From Ylistrum balloti (taxonomy: Eukaryota), in NCBI RefSeq assembly GCF_031769215.1, contig NW_026782137.1:434001-498000 (forward strand): a stretch of DNA of 64,000 bases, read 5' to 3'. Each line of letters begins with the position of its first letter. Within the stretch, counting starts at the first letter, position 1. Under the pieces are notes generated by a model. It was not told where the DNA came from and did no database searches. It saw only the letters and a program-made list of their open reading frames with translations. Below, one piece after another: positions 24,067-38,200 of this stretch. Position numbers and translations under genes: made by a program.

Positions 24067-26202
24067 CTATTATACGATGCTTCATCGTTTGGTTCTCCTG
24101 TATCTAACTCTAAATTTGTATCAAAACGTATCATTCACCGGTGTATTATCTGTACTATTTACAAAATAGAATTTCGGTTGACACAGCTAGTTTACTATTA
24201 GTCCGCGAGGTTTGTCGTAATCCGCATGACACTTGTTGATTAATTCGTAAAATAGCGCCATTCAGATTATGAAATTATCAGGTTTATATAAATTACGAAA
24301 TTTATAGGATTATAGGGCTAGTGCACCCTCTCCCTCCCCATCTCGATGTTGACGTTTCTTTCGATGCCACCCAGGCATCAAAATTTAGACCTTTAATTCT
24401 AGATAGAGGAAACAGCTGTATGATTCTGTTTACTTCATTGTTTGACTCTACTATATCTAACTCTATTGAAAAAATTAATAGGAATTCCATTGCCAAGTAT
24501 GGGAAATCCGCTTGCGTTTTGAATTCTTTTGATTAATCGTATCGTAAGCAGGTGAATATACCCTGTTCAGTTGCGGGTATTTGGTCAAGTGAAGGACAGA
24601 GAAACTTCCCGCAAGGGGGAATCGTTGTGTAACCTGAGGTGACTTCATCTGAGGACAGAACTAAACCATTTGTATATATAGCCGTTAATGAACATTTTTC
24701 TATGCGCAAATTAATCCGTTTTTAATGAATGTTAAGACAAAGTTTGTGTGTAGACGCCTTGCTGATTAATCGGCTGTTACACCCAATTTCTTGTATTAGG
24801 CTGTATTTAAGTCAGTTTATTAGTTTACAAAATATCTATACACACAGCCAATGACCAGTCCTTCTTCTTCACGGGGTGATGACCATCAGACATATATACA
24901 ATGCATGCGATGCATGGTTGTTTCGGTTTCTCGGCATGTTTATAATTAACGTTTTCTTTTAGCCAAAGATTATTGTTACCTTGGCTGAACATATAATACA
25001 ATGGTTAAATACTTCAGCGCTTGTAGATATATACGTTAAAACGCTTGTGTATTGTAACGGAAAACCCAACCCTGAAGGACGTGAACGTGCACAGAACCGT
25101 ACTACATAATGTTATTGTATGCTAAAGACAAAACATTCATGTATGACTCAATAGGCACAGTATCCGTGTAGCCTTGTAGTTTGGGTATTTCGATAATGGA
25201 GGTAAGTGTTGTTAAATCTATGATATTATATCAATACGATATAGCCAAATGAAATAACTATCATGTTTGATTTTTTGAAATGGTATGACATGAATTCAAA
25301 CTTAACGACATTCAGGTGTTAAGTTAAAACATGTATAATGTATATGAAGTGTACATTGATTCATAACCCTAGCTTGTGATATACTAATGCGTATGGAGAT
25401 TTACAAATAAGACGATAACAGCAATATTACAAGTATTGTTTTGTTTACATTTGTTTAGAACAACATGATTAGAGCCCCTGTCCGGTGTCCAGTTTAAACA
25501 GTTATATTTTAAAAGAAATACGACTATGTTAGTTATATATATAATGAAAATATCAACAGCTCAGTGCCCGGTATATATATGTATATACTTATATCACGAG
25601 AGTCTTTTATTCAAACCTTTTATTCAACGCTTAAAGCGACTTTATTTAAAGTGACTGCCGTAATCCCGTACACCACGATTCAAATCAATCGAATAGTGTC
25701 ACGATTAAGAGTTAGCACAATATACAATATTTTGTGTTATAATCATCCAATAATTAAAAAGTACGAAATTTACAGAATTATTATGTTAGTGTTCAACTTC
25801 CGATGTATGTTGATAGATTTTTCCGTATCGCATCCCAGATTTTAATTCTTCAGACGTTAACTGAAGAAAGATAAAAGTTTTGTTGATCATTTGGCACGAA
25901 TACCTTTTACTAGTTATACTCAATTTTATTAACGTTTATCTATGGCAATAAGCTTGTAATGAACATCGGAAATGGGTCTACCTTAATTGTTATATAAATA
26001 CAGTAATGATTGATCGGACAAGTTTTCCCAAATGACGTTAGATGTCAATGGAAAGTTAAGAAAAACGGGTTTTTACCCAGTGTAATTTTTACGTAAACAT
26101 GAATGTGAATGGATATCAGGTGGTAACAAGGAATTTAACATTATCATACGTGTACCTAATTATTGTTATATCGTTGCTGGACATGTAGATGCAGTGCCAG
26201 AG

Positions 26203-29200
26203 ATGAAGAAAACAGGGAAGAAAAGCAGGGTTCGACCCTCTGAATTTGATGGGGTGATGGCTGTCCGATCTGCAAAGACGGAAAACCATAATGAAATGAG
26301 GTACAATGAGATGATCTTTTTTTGTCCTTTTATGTGTGTGTGTGTGTGTGTATGTGTGTGTGTGTGTATATACATATATACATACATCTAATGACTTTTT
26401 ATCTCCCATGAAATAGTAAAATATCATTGTTTTCTATAAATTTTTTTTCTGTTGACATTCAGAATATCTCTGACGACGAGAGTACTGTAATTAATCGTTA
26501 TAAATTGATAACTTTTAAACAAAATACGGCTTTGTTTTGAATACTAGTAATCTTCCGAAAATAAAAAAATAAATAGACAAATAAAAATCACGACAAAAAC
26601 ATATATTAATCCTATGACATAATTTCGTGACCTTTATACAACACTGATTAATGATAACAACACAAGTTAGTTCATATGTTACTCTATAACGAATATCTAT
26701 TTTAGTGGTGCTATTTTGACTTATCGCTGATTGACAATGAGATAATGGTTATATTCCTATTGTTATTCTATATCTGTCTTATCTCGTTCTACTTTGTAGT
26801 GGTACCAGCGGGGACCAGTGGGGCGACACCCTCAAACAGCCACTTTGTGACCTCAGCATGTATTGTGGAAAACGTTGGGAAGGATTCAGTGAGTAAACAA
26901 CGAGATACCACGTATATCCTTGTGTTTGAGCTCAAATGAACAAATAAACTAAAACGCTTATAAATTATAGCGCGGTCTGAAAGGCACAGGAATTCATTTT
27001 AATTTGAATGAAAATCTGAGTATCGGATAAGTCTTTCTTAAATTTTTCACGTGCAATAGAGGACCATCTGTACACGAGACAAGTTTATCCTATCTATTGC
27101 GTCACCGACCAGCCATCCATACCACTGTATATTGATCATATTACTTTCCGAAATTTTATCTGTCGAAACGTGACATAAATTCCTTATCCCTTAATTTATA
27201 AATACCGTATGTTAGGTTGATTTTTGTGGAAGTGATTTCAAGATTCTAATTAATTAATATTTACTCTATTGTCATACTTGAAATCGTTTTTGATGCAATT
27301 AAACATAACTTTATACTTTGAACAATCTATGTTTAGAAGATACACTTTCATGGTTTTATTGCATTACTTACATCAGCTTTATCTGATTTTGATTTTAAAA
27401 TAATTTTATCTAAATGTTACTGAAAATGTGATAAGAATAAAAGACAAATCTTAACGATGCACATTTCTATATGTTTGAAAATCGCATGTTTTGTCTCAAT
27501 TACAAACACGTGGCAATAGCTACCAGAACGAAAGATCATTGACAATCTTGGTACATTCATTTAAAATTAAGTTAGTTATAATGTAAACATTCATAACAAG
27601 ACTGATTTTCATATTTATCCCTACTTTTGCACATGACGGTATAGAACATAAGCATACATAATTTATTTTTATCACCAATTTACATAATACTGTAGAGATA
27701 AAAAAAAATCCATTTAGATACTTTCATCTTGTCATTTCTCTCAGATCAAGAGAGCCAATCCAAGTTCTACAAGGACATCAACGAATGTTCAGATTGTTTA
27801 AGTTGTTGTCTTCCAAACAGAAATAATCGGTAAGTCAGGTTTCCCTTATTCCAATCTATATCTAACTGTACATGACGCATTGTTTTATCCATTTTTAGAT
27901 AAGGTGCAGAATATTAAAATCGGTTTGATATTCTTTGAGAGTTGTTCAATATCCAAATCATAAAATTGTCTGTTGAGTTATTGCAACTCTCTCATTTGTT
28001 TTCTTCATTTGGATTATCCGATATTCAAGGACATGTTTTCAGTATAAGGATATTTGTCTCTTTAAGAAATATTCTGTATTCTTGTGCAATATGAGAATGG
28101 ATGTGTTTTTATGTTAGTTAGTATACCTGTCGGTCACATTGCTGTTTACCGTGTCCTCGCAGATGCTTACTCTTCCGGAACACATGGTCTTATCATTCTT
28201 GTACTTTTTCCTGATTCTCCGTTAAAATATTTTTTGTTACTATTTTGCCCTAGGCTATTGAATTTAAGTCTGGATTATGCTTCTGATGATATGTTGTTTT
28301 TGCTGTCTGTCACAGAAAACATGATGAATCAACAGAAAACCCGATTGATGATCTGCGTTACGATGTCGCTGGTAAATCACAATTACATCAACTATTTCAA
28401 AGATCGGAAAATTCCGATCAAAATGCTGAACTAGACTTACAACAAGCAGATGAATTAATTCATTCTGTTGAAAACGTGAATATTCGGGATCCGTATGGAG
28501 AAACAGTCCTCCACAAGGTACGTATGTTAAATGTATCTGGTGCTATGGTAACACCTGCCTACATAGTATCATGTTTAAAAACATTGAAAAAGTGCTTGGC
28601 ACTAATTGGTCACAGGGATTTAGAAATACAATTTTCTTAAATATTGCTACTAACTTCATAAGCTGCGATTAAATAACAATTTCTTTATCTTTCAGGCTGC
28701 AAGGATGTGGCATGTTGACGTAGCGTTATTCCTGGTTAAGCATAAAGCTGACGTAAATGCTGCCAATGAGAGTGGCTGCACACCTCTTCATGTCGCTGCT
28801 GCAATGAACTACACAGAAATGGTGTCCCTACTCATTAAATATGGAGGTTAGGCATTCATTTGACTCATTCCGTCTTTTCGAAATGCAAAGTCACCTGCTT
28901 TTGTGAACAGATATTGATTATAACGTTATCAGTTTGCGATAGAAAATAACGTCGTTTTTTCATGACGTTACTCTCGCAAACCACTGATGTAACAACCAAC
29001 ACCTGCTCATAAGAGCAGATAACATGATTTTATATGAGTGTTCATTTCATATTTCATTTACAAAATGAATATATGAATAGTTTTTACGAATACAAATGAA
29101 AATAAATAATCTTAAATCACAATGTTGAAGCCGTCAGGTCTGACCAGAAATACTTAACTTCTTGAGGGCTTGATTAATGGTACTAAAAACATAGGATAAT

Positions 29201-32200
29201 TTGATAGTCATACAAATAACTCTTTTTGGTTCGGATGGAAACGTCCGGAGCGTATAACTATGGGGGTAATCCTGAGTACCCACAGAAAATCCACACGGGC
29301 GGGCAGTGTGAACTCCAGCCTTTATTCACGTTCGGGTAATGGAACTCCAGTCGCCTTGATGAATGGCGGGTGCGTTACCACTTTACCACTTGGTCACTCT
29401 CGATTGAAATATATATACTATGTAGTCCGAATTCATTTTAATATGTCTATATAACAACATTGGACTTGTTACTTGGGAAAGTAGGTTTACCTGCAGGCAT
29501 GTGTGCTTGTTACATTGTATGAGACATACCTCCTATGTCTTCGTACCAAACCTTTCATGCGCTGATAAAAGTATGATGGGTCTGATATTGCGTATATTGG
29601 ATTTTGATCATAAGCGAGATGTTCTATATTGCTTGCAATACCTCGTAATTTGACTGTTTGTGAAATATGTAATAATAGTATATGACATCTAAATTGATAT
29701 ACAAGATTTAATTCCTCTACATTACAGCAAACAAAGAGGCGATAACAACGGGAGATAAACAGACACCCCTTTTCTTTGCTGCAAGATACAACTGTTCTGA
29801 TGCGCTAGATCGTCTAATAGATGAGGGCTGTTTATTTGACGCAATACAAGATTACAAAGGCAGATACCCTATACAGTTAGCCGCCGAACAAGGTATTACC
29901 ATCAAAATATGCGGGTTGATTAAAATCATCGGGAAGTTTTATGGTCGCCATAGTGATCTCATTGAGAAGTATTCGACCTCTTTGTGTGACATGAAGCTGG
30001 ACGTATATGATGTTCTTCGTTAATTTGCCTGTTGGTTCCGTTGTTGTATACCTTGTTCTCATTTTAGAACGTGACGTTACTTACTTAGATTGACCAAGGT
30101 TTACATGGCGAGTGTCGTCGATGAAGTAGAAGACGATTTCTCTTCCGGAATACCTGGTCTTATTCTCTTTTGTACTTTTTTCAGGAGTCTCCGTGTAAAT
30201 CTTTCTTTCGTTCATATTTTGCCCCAGGTTTTATTGGATTTTAATTTGAATCGTGATTATGTTTCCATGTTGGTATTTTCTTATTTTTTTTTCATAAGGC
30301 AACAATTGACATATAGAAGGATAACATACGCAATCTTGATTTTTGAACGCATCATAAAAATATCTGCACTGGTTATCTTGTTTTTAAGGCATCTGTCCAT
30401 AATTTTGCAAGACTCTTTATTTCTTGAGTTGATATCTAAAGTTATATTTGTACAAAGTTGATTAAACGCAGAATATTAACAAATCCAATATTTACACATT
30501 GAAAGAATACTAGGACAATAAGATTAGTTGATTAGTTGTTCCAAAAGGGTAAGGATTGTTTGCTTCAACGACAAGCCTGCCATGCATGTCTTGGTCCAAA
30601 TAAATGATGTCACTTCTCAAATGAGGACCAGTTTTGAATCAGCATATGAACTTCTATCATGCTATCGAACTATGAAAACATTTACCTTCAACAACTTGCT
30701 GCTCTCGAAAACCTGTTGAGTGAATTTGAATTAATAATTTGTTCTCATTTGGGTATTTGTTTTCCTCTTGTGGAATGAAACCTCAGGCATGTAGTCTTCC
30801 ACGACAATCATTCCTTAAACAGAAGGCGCAAGTTCTAGATATTGCATGGTGCTCTAAATCCATAAACGTATTTGTATGAGTTATGTAGGTGCAATGATAA
30901 TGATTAATGCTACCTTTGATACATGTTGTAGTTTTAAGTTTTACGATTTGGATTCCAGATAGAAGCATTACTACGCATTTATTACTGAGGAGAGGTGCAC
31001 GGGCGTGGATGAACCGGGACAACGTGCCAGGATGCGGTACAATTGATTGGATGATAATCAACATGCCTGCCGTGGTAAACTTTTCATTCTTTCACAATAT
31101 ACCTTGACTGCTGGTCGTAGTGATATAAATCATTTTTCTTCTTTCAGTCGTTACCAATTATTAATTTCGGTAATTCTTATATACACTGTAGTCATTTTCG
31201 TAATTGTACATTGAAAAAAAAATTGCCCCGGCGTTTTTCGACCTCAAACTTACATGTTCGTTTTTGCCAAGTGCAAATTTCGCCCCAATATAATTAAAAC
31301 TTTAACGTTTGTTTTCGTCCTACTGGCGAAAAGGCAAAACTAGTATGAAATACCACGCGGTATTCTTTTTGTTAGCGCCACTTTACGGGTCAATTATGTT
31401 TTATGAAAATTAATAATAGGATCTTGTACTAGCATTAGGACAGGATAGGATAGAGAAAGTCCTACCCTAAAGTTAGGAAATTTTCCTATGACATTTATTT
31501 GGTCATTACAAGTAATATGTGTCTGTATAACCAAGATATGTCGTCGTTTATTTTCTCCTTTGTATATGAAGCCCGGATGGCGATTATTAATGACGTCAAT
31601 AAACCGAACTGATCTTGAAATGTCATGAAAATGACGTCATAAATAATACCATGAACCCAAAAATTTCTACTTATATGAAAAACTACAAGAGTTAATAAGA
31701 TCATGAACTCAGTATTTAACTTGCAAACTTTAGTCGAAACGAAAATAAGAGATAGAAATGGAAAAAACGAAATGTGTTAAAACTCAATCCTGTAAATTTG
31801 GAAGTATAATCTGATATTCAAGAAGCTATTTCTGCACTATTTGCTTTCAAAGGCACAATGTAGCTACTATATACTTAAGAACAGGAAGCAATTGTTATTT
31901 TTTGTGATGGATGTCGTTGTTTTCGTTTATGATACTGTAATTACCCAATTTAGGCATTTGACGCACTAGATTTATTCCATACCACTGACCGTACAAGCCG
32001 GCGCCAGAGCTTCTATCTGTATCAGCTAATGGCAGGTAAGCTAGCTATAATTATGAGAGTAAGTTATAACGTTTTGGTATCTCTTGATTAATGCGTTTGC
32101 TGAATGTTTATATGGCGTTTATTGCATATTTGATTCCATACAGATATATATTCTCCGTCAATGTTGTTTTTGTTAACGAAATACATTTAATAAATTCAAT

Positions 32201-35200
32201 GATTAAAAAAGTAAATTCAAACCAAAGGCTGCTACAGTTCGCATTTATTGAATATATGTCAATGGTATTTCCCTTTTTTCCAGATGATAATAAAGAATCA
32301 TTTATTGAATTGCCTGTAAGTTTGAATACTTCTGATTTATTATTGCATAAATGAAATGTTACATAATAGTCTTTGCATAGATTATTTCTAAATATCAGGC
32401 TTCAAGTTTCAATGAACTTTAAATGATCGTTAACATGACCCGGGAAGTAAGGGGTAGGCTGAAATGATCATCATTGATAAATTGACACGGCTGATATAGA
32501 TAGATCAAATTAAGGCAATATTTTGGAATCCTTTAAGAAGAAATGCTAATTATGTACAGTTTTCAATACGAAAAGTAGTTTTGCTGAGAGTCATTTATAA
32601 CTCCATGTATCAACGATTTAAATAAAATTTTGAGATATACTACATTTTCGAATACGTTGACGTGATGCTGCACTCAACAATGTACTATTATGTTCACATG
32701 AGCACAAAGGCCGATCCACTTGACGGGTTCAGGATTAAGAAAGTTTGAAAATGAATATGATGATGTCATTGTAGGTAATGATAAAAGAAATAATTTTTCA
32801 ATATCTATATCGTATGATTTTTTTGATGATTATTTGCAGCATAGTTAATAATTTATATAATTTTTTCCTTCTATCTTAGTTACAAGTTGCTGTCAACAAA
32901 CACCACTACAATCTTCTTTCTCACCGTGTCTTCTCTACCCTTATCAATTACATGTGGGACCAATACGCAAGGCAAGACGTATATCATATGGTTTATTGCG
33001 GCATGTGATGTCATAGTTCTGGTTCTATGATTAACAATAAAAATGGTTATATAATATCAGAAAATGTTATTTCGTTCACAATAAATAGAAATTAACAACA
33101 CGTCTTATAAATAGCTGCTGTATGACACCTAACAATATGTTCATGGTTATGGTTCGTTTTTGAAGTATGTTGGAGTAATGTACTGGTTACTTATAATTGT
33201 AATGAAATATAACGATAAAAATAGAGACATGATAATAATGTCTTCTACTTAGTTCACTTAAATAGGATTCCGTAAATGTACACTGAGTTTCGTTCATTGA
33301 TTATTTTTCACATATTTTCAGGTTCTTTTATCAATAGCATACATAGTATATCAAAAATGTAATTTATACATTTTTTGATAAGATTCATATCAAAAGATAT
33401 CAACAGTTTCTTTTTACGATATTAAGACGTACATTTTACCTACTTTGACATACCCTGTACTTCTAATTGGATGTCTATAGTATGATAAACATACAGTTTT
33501 ATCAATATTGTTGTATTACACAGGCTACGTGCTATACGATGGTTCCTATTTAACATTTTTTATGTTCTTGTCTGGTCACTGATTGGGGTACTTGTTCCTT
33601 ATGACCAGAAACACTACTACAACCTGCCAGACCAATCATGGAGGATCGTGCTCGAAGTACGTACTTACAACAAAGCATTAAGCTTTTAAATACGTGGCTA
33701 CATGCAAGTCAGATTTTATATTGTGAGTGTGGTATTGAGGCAGGAAGTTGTTTTATAGTTTTTTAATAATATTAAGTTACCTTTGAAATGAAGTCCTAAA
33801 ACTGGTAATATCAAATAGTATGTTACATATAAAGCTCATCAATGCGATTAAAGTTCATAACGAATATTGTACATTTCTACTATAATAAAGAATGAATTTT
33901 CAAAAGAATGTATTTCATTGTTTAAGGTTATTGGCATTGGTATCACACTGTGGGAGATGGTAGAGGAAGTCCGAGAATATCGCCACTCGATTAAGAAAAG
34001 TGACGTAAGTAAATATCAACATCCCTAGACACAGTGTTCAGTAATAATGACTTATAAGAACAGTCAATAGCTGTGATAAGTTTTCAGAATCTTGTCTTTC
34101 ATCTTATAGACCTAGGCTTATATCAACTTTAATCACATGATCGACTATAGTATCGTAAAAATGACATCTAAGTTATTTACTCAACAATAACCCTTTGAAA
34201 TATCTATTGTAAAACACAAGTAAAACTCGTGCTTAATTTCCTGTCAGCGAAACGAACTACGTATTTATTGCAATAAAGTATATTTTTTTCTTATAATGAT
34301 GAGTTGAATATTAACGTAATCAGTTTTTCTACAGATGAACTTCAGAGTATATCAAATCTGTTTTTACCTTGTCATCATATTGATTCGTAATAAGAGATTT
34401 GTTGAACCACACGAATTGAAAATGAATTGCACGACAGAATTTTCAGTAGTTCATCTCGATCTTTTCCTACAGCGAGCTGTATGATAAGCTTGGAAATTTC
34501 AAGTTTCCGATTATGAATTTTCCATCTCTGGATAACAACATCCCTGTATCCCCAACCTGTCGTGTTTATATATCTCAGTTGATTCGATATTCAAGGGCCT
34601 CTTCCCAATCACAAGATTTTCGTGCATGATGTCGTCAACTGACAGCCAAACTTATAACAGTTTTTCAAAAGATGCAGTTTAAAGACAATTATGGGGAAGT
34701 TTTACGGTCGTCATAGTTATCTTATTGAGAAATATTCGTCGTCTTTGTATACGAAGCTGGGGGTGTTTGATGCTCGTTAGTTTGCCTGTTGGTTCCGTTA
34801 CTGCATACCTTGTTCTCATTTGGGAATGTGTTGTTACTTACTTGCATTCATATTTGCCTTAGTTTTATATTGAATTTCAGGTTTGATTATGACCATGTTC
34901 ATATGTTCAGGTGTTTTCTTGGTGTATATACCGATAATATGCTGAGAGTTCCAATTTAACCATGTACCAACCTCAAAAGGTATAACGTTGTTACAGCAAC
35001 ACAAACAACTTATAAGTGATATTTTAGACTGTACTTACTATAAAACTGGAATTTCTAGTACTTTCTTTTCTTGTTGGTGATGATGAATATGAATTCCTGC
35101 CATCTTTAGTTCAAATTATAAGTTGGCTGCAATCTATCGCGCTTGAATTCGCGGACAGTTTGTCAAGTGTTTTCATTGCCGTGTTTAATTAAAATTCCTA

Positions 35201-38200
35201 GAGTCTTGAAAACAATAAAAGGGACACATGCACAAAGGTAGCAACTCTTCTGTCGGTCCTTTTAATATAGTGAGAGATCAGATGGCGTTATTTCTTGCCA
35301 TAATTGAATTGATGTCTTGTCACGCGGTTACATACATAATGCTCTAATAGAGGATGCTTTTATATGTTCAGCATTTGGTTTTATCATTATTTCAGGAATG
35401 GAAGGAATTCAGAAAGGACGAACTGCAAGCAGACATGAAATACTGCATTAGTGGTTCAGACAGACAGTTTTTAAGTGATGAGTTACACGAGCTTGATAAA
35501 CACATCCCAAGATACTTCAAAGATTTTTGGTACGTATCATTTCAGAAATTTAATAAACGGAATATTTAAAGAAATGGGATTTCGTGATCTTCATATTCTT
35601 ACGCTTAAATATGTTTGAAATTTGTCGTTTCTGATTTACCAGGTCATGCAGTCTTAAAGTAGTTCAATAATGAATAACCCAATTGATAGAGTATCTATTT
35701 TTGTGGGAGTAACATTATATCTTTCTCACAGGAATGTATTTGACTGGGTTTGTTACGCGTGTCTTGGTGTATGCATTGTTTCCCATATTGTTGACGTTAT
35801 AAAACATTCGGAGGAAGCAGCTAGATTCCATATCAACTTCATGGCTCTCACCCTTGTTCTGCTCTGGTTACGACTGGCAAAATGCGCAAGGCCCTTCAAG
35901 CAGCTCGGTAAGTAGTTCCTTGAAACAGCGCCGTAAATATTTTAAGGAAAAATAAACACAATTCGAAATTCGTTTCATATTATATTTATATATTGTTCTT
36001 CATGAAAGGAAACATTAATCCTCAACATTTTTTTTTTTTGAGATTATAAACATCTTTTGCCAGAGGACCCAATCAGTATTATCATAGAAAAAAATGGAAA
36101 CCAAATTTATTGAATAATCGATTGTATGTAATTACTTCAATTTGTCAATAAAATGCTTTCTTTGCTCAGAAATGAACGACAAATCTGTTTTGTAGGACCA
36201 TTGATCGTAATCCTTGGGGAGATGTTTGAAGATGTTATCCTGTTTGCCTGTCTTTATCTACAGTTTTATCTCCCATTCGGTGATATATCGTTAAATTCAT
36301 AGACGTGAGCGATGTAATATATTTTTTGTATAAACAATCTTGCTAGGGGAAGACGAGATTAAGACTTTCGTCAAACGGATGAAAAATGTTTATTAAAAGG
36401 ATTTAAAGAAACATCATTATGTCAGTGATTAAAATTTGGAGATTGAATGATATTTTTAAAACAGAAATGATAGTATACAATGTTCTTAAACGATGATAAT
36501 CTTAGGGATGTAATGTAAGCTGAGAATTATGACTATTTCAGACATGAAGTAAGTTGTGGATGAGGGTTTATAATGTCACGTATTAGGGTGATAAAAATGT
36601 GATAATAAATGTAGGTTCAATCTCGTTTCAGTGTGTGCCTATTGGATGGTATTTGGTGGCGAGAAAGTGACATATGACACACGGTACCGCGACAACAATA
36701 CTGCCGAGTATGTCACCGTCGATGGTTACGAAAGCGTCGGGGGTGTCTTCTTCAGTCTATTTAGGATAACTCTGGTCGACGACTTTGACTATGACGTAAG
36801 TATAATCTTAACTTTACAAGTAGAAATATATGGATCTAAACAATGATAATGTGGTATCGGCTACATATAAAAAATCAACGTTGCAATTTCATTATCAGTG
36901 AACATTGATGTCGTTATGTGTAGTGAATAATATATTTTTTGATTGCACAGACAATGAAGTCAGTGGATCCTATTATGGCGGACATTTTAGTGGGGACATG
37001 GTTAGCAGTATCAGCCATTGTTTGTTTGAACCTTTTCATTGCTCTTCTCTCGGATTCTTTTCAAAGGTAACCAGTATAAGTGAAATGTACAATGAAATAT
37101 TAGGTAGTTAAACCTTTAAAATTACTTGATGGCTTGGTATGTTGAGAAAGTGGGAAAGACGAACTAATGAAGAACCTTTTAGCAAGTCGATACAGGAAAA
37201 ATGCAATGGGTTTTACACCATGTGACCATTTATTCAAAATGCCTAATATTTCTAAAGAATTTTCACACGAAAACGTTTATTGAAAGTTAAAAATAGTCAC
37301 AAATGTGAAAGAAGTAGGATGTTGCTTGATTAATGTATCAAATGTTTTATCAATGTTATTATTCATTTTAAACTCTGTATTGTTCATTATTGAACTACAG
37401 AGTGTATGAAAACGCCCACAGCATAGCCCGGATGCAGAAGGCCATTGTGTGTTTAGTTTATTGGGATCTCCTCAACAACAAGAGTCGGAAACAGTTTTTA
37501 GAGGACATGAAAAAGTACTGTAATCCTCTCCAACAGGCCTACGATGACGACGATGGTGTGGAAGAAACGGATGGAAATGAAATGCAGAAAGCCGTTGTAC
37601 AGCTGCGGGTAATATACACAGGACGAAACGGTTTAATTGATTTTCAACCGAAATAAAAAAATAGTTAGTCATGTGAGACATGGATTCAGATGTTTCAGTC
37701 TAGAAAGGGTTAATATAATAAAGTGTTTACTACAAAGAAAAATAAAGGTGAAAAACGGAAAATCAGGACCGGGCAGTATTATATAAAACAAGCAAGAAAA
37801 GTATATCCTACCCACTTATGAATGTGGTTCTGATATACATTTTAAATTGTCAAAATAAGATAAAAGTCAAATAAACAAACCATTTTTATTGTTAAGTACG
37901 ATATTTTCTTTTTAAAAACATATTAACCAAAAGTTACCTTTGTTTGAAGTTGTGTATGAATATTAAATGATCTTTAATTGTAGGATATAACCAGAATCCA
38001 GAGACAAAACCAGGATAATCTTGTGGCTAAGCTGGATAGTGATTTAACAAAGATTGACAAAGAAATTGCCACAATCAAGGAATTAATCTTTACGTTACAG
38101 TCCTCTCAGCGACCGCCTGAACATCCTGGCTACGGAGGTAATAACGTTACGTATTGCAGTCATGACATCCAATGCTTAATTCATAATTAAATTACTTGTA

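Noticed and set aside
25196-25201. ATG GAG|gtaagt as the TRP start exon
   Set aside because: Phase 0 does not fit the next exon (it gives MEMQCQR*). More likely a 5' UTR exon with a uORF, unless an exon was missed.
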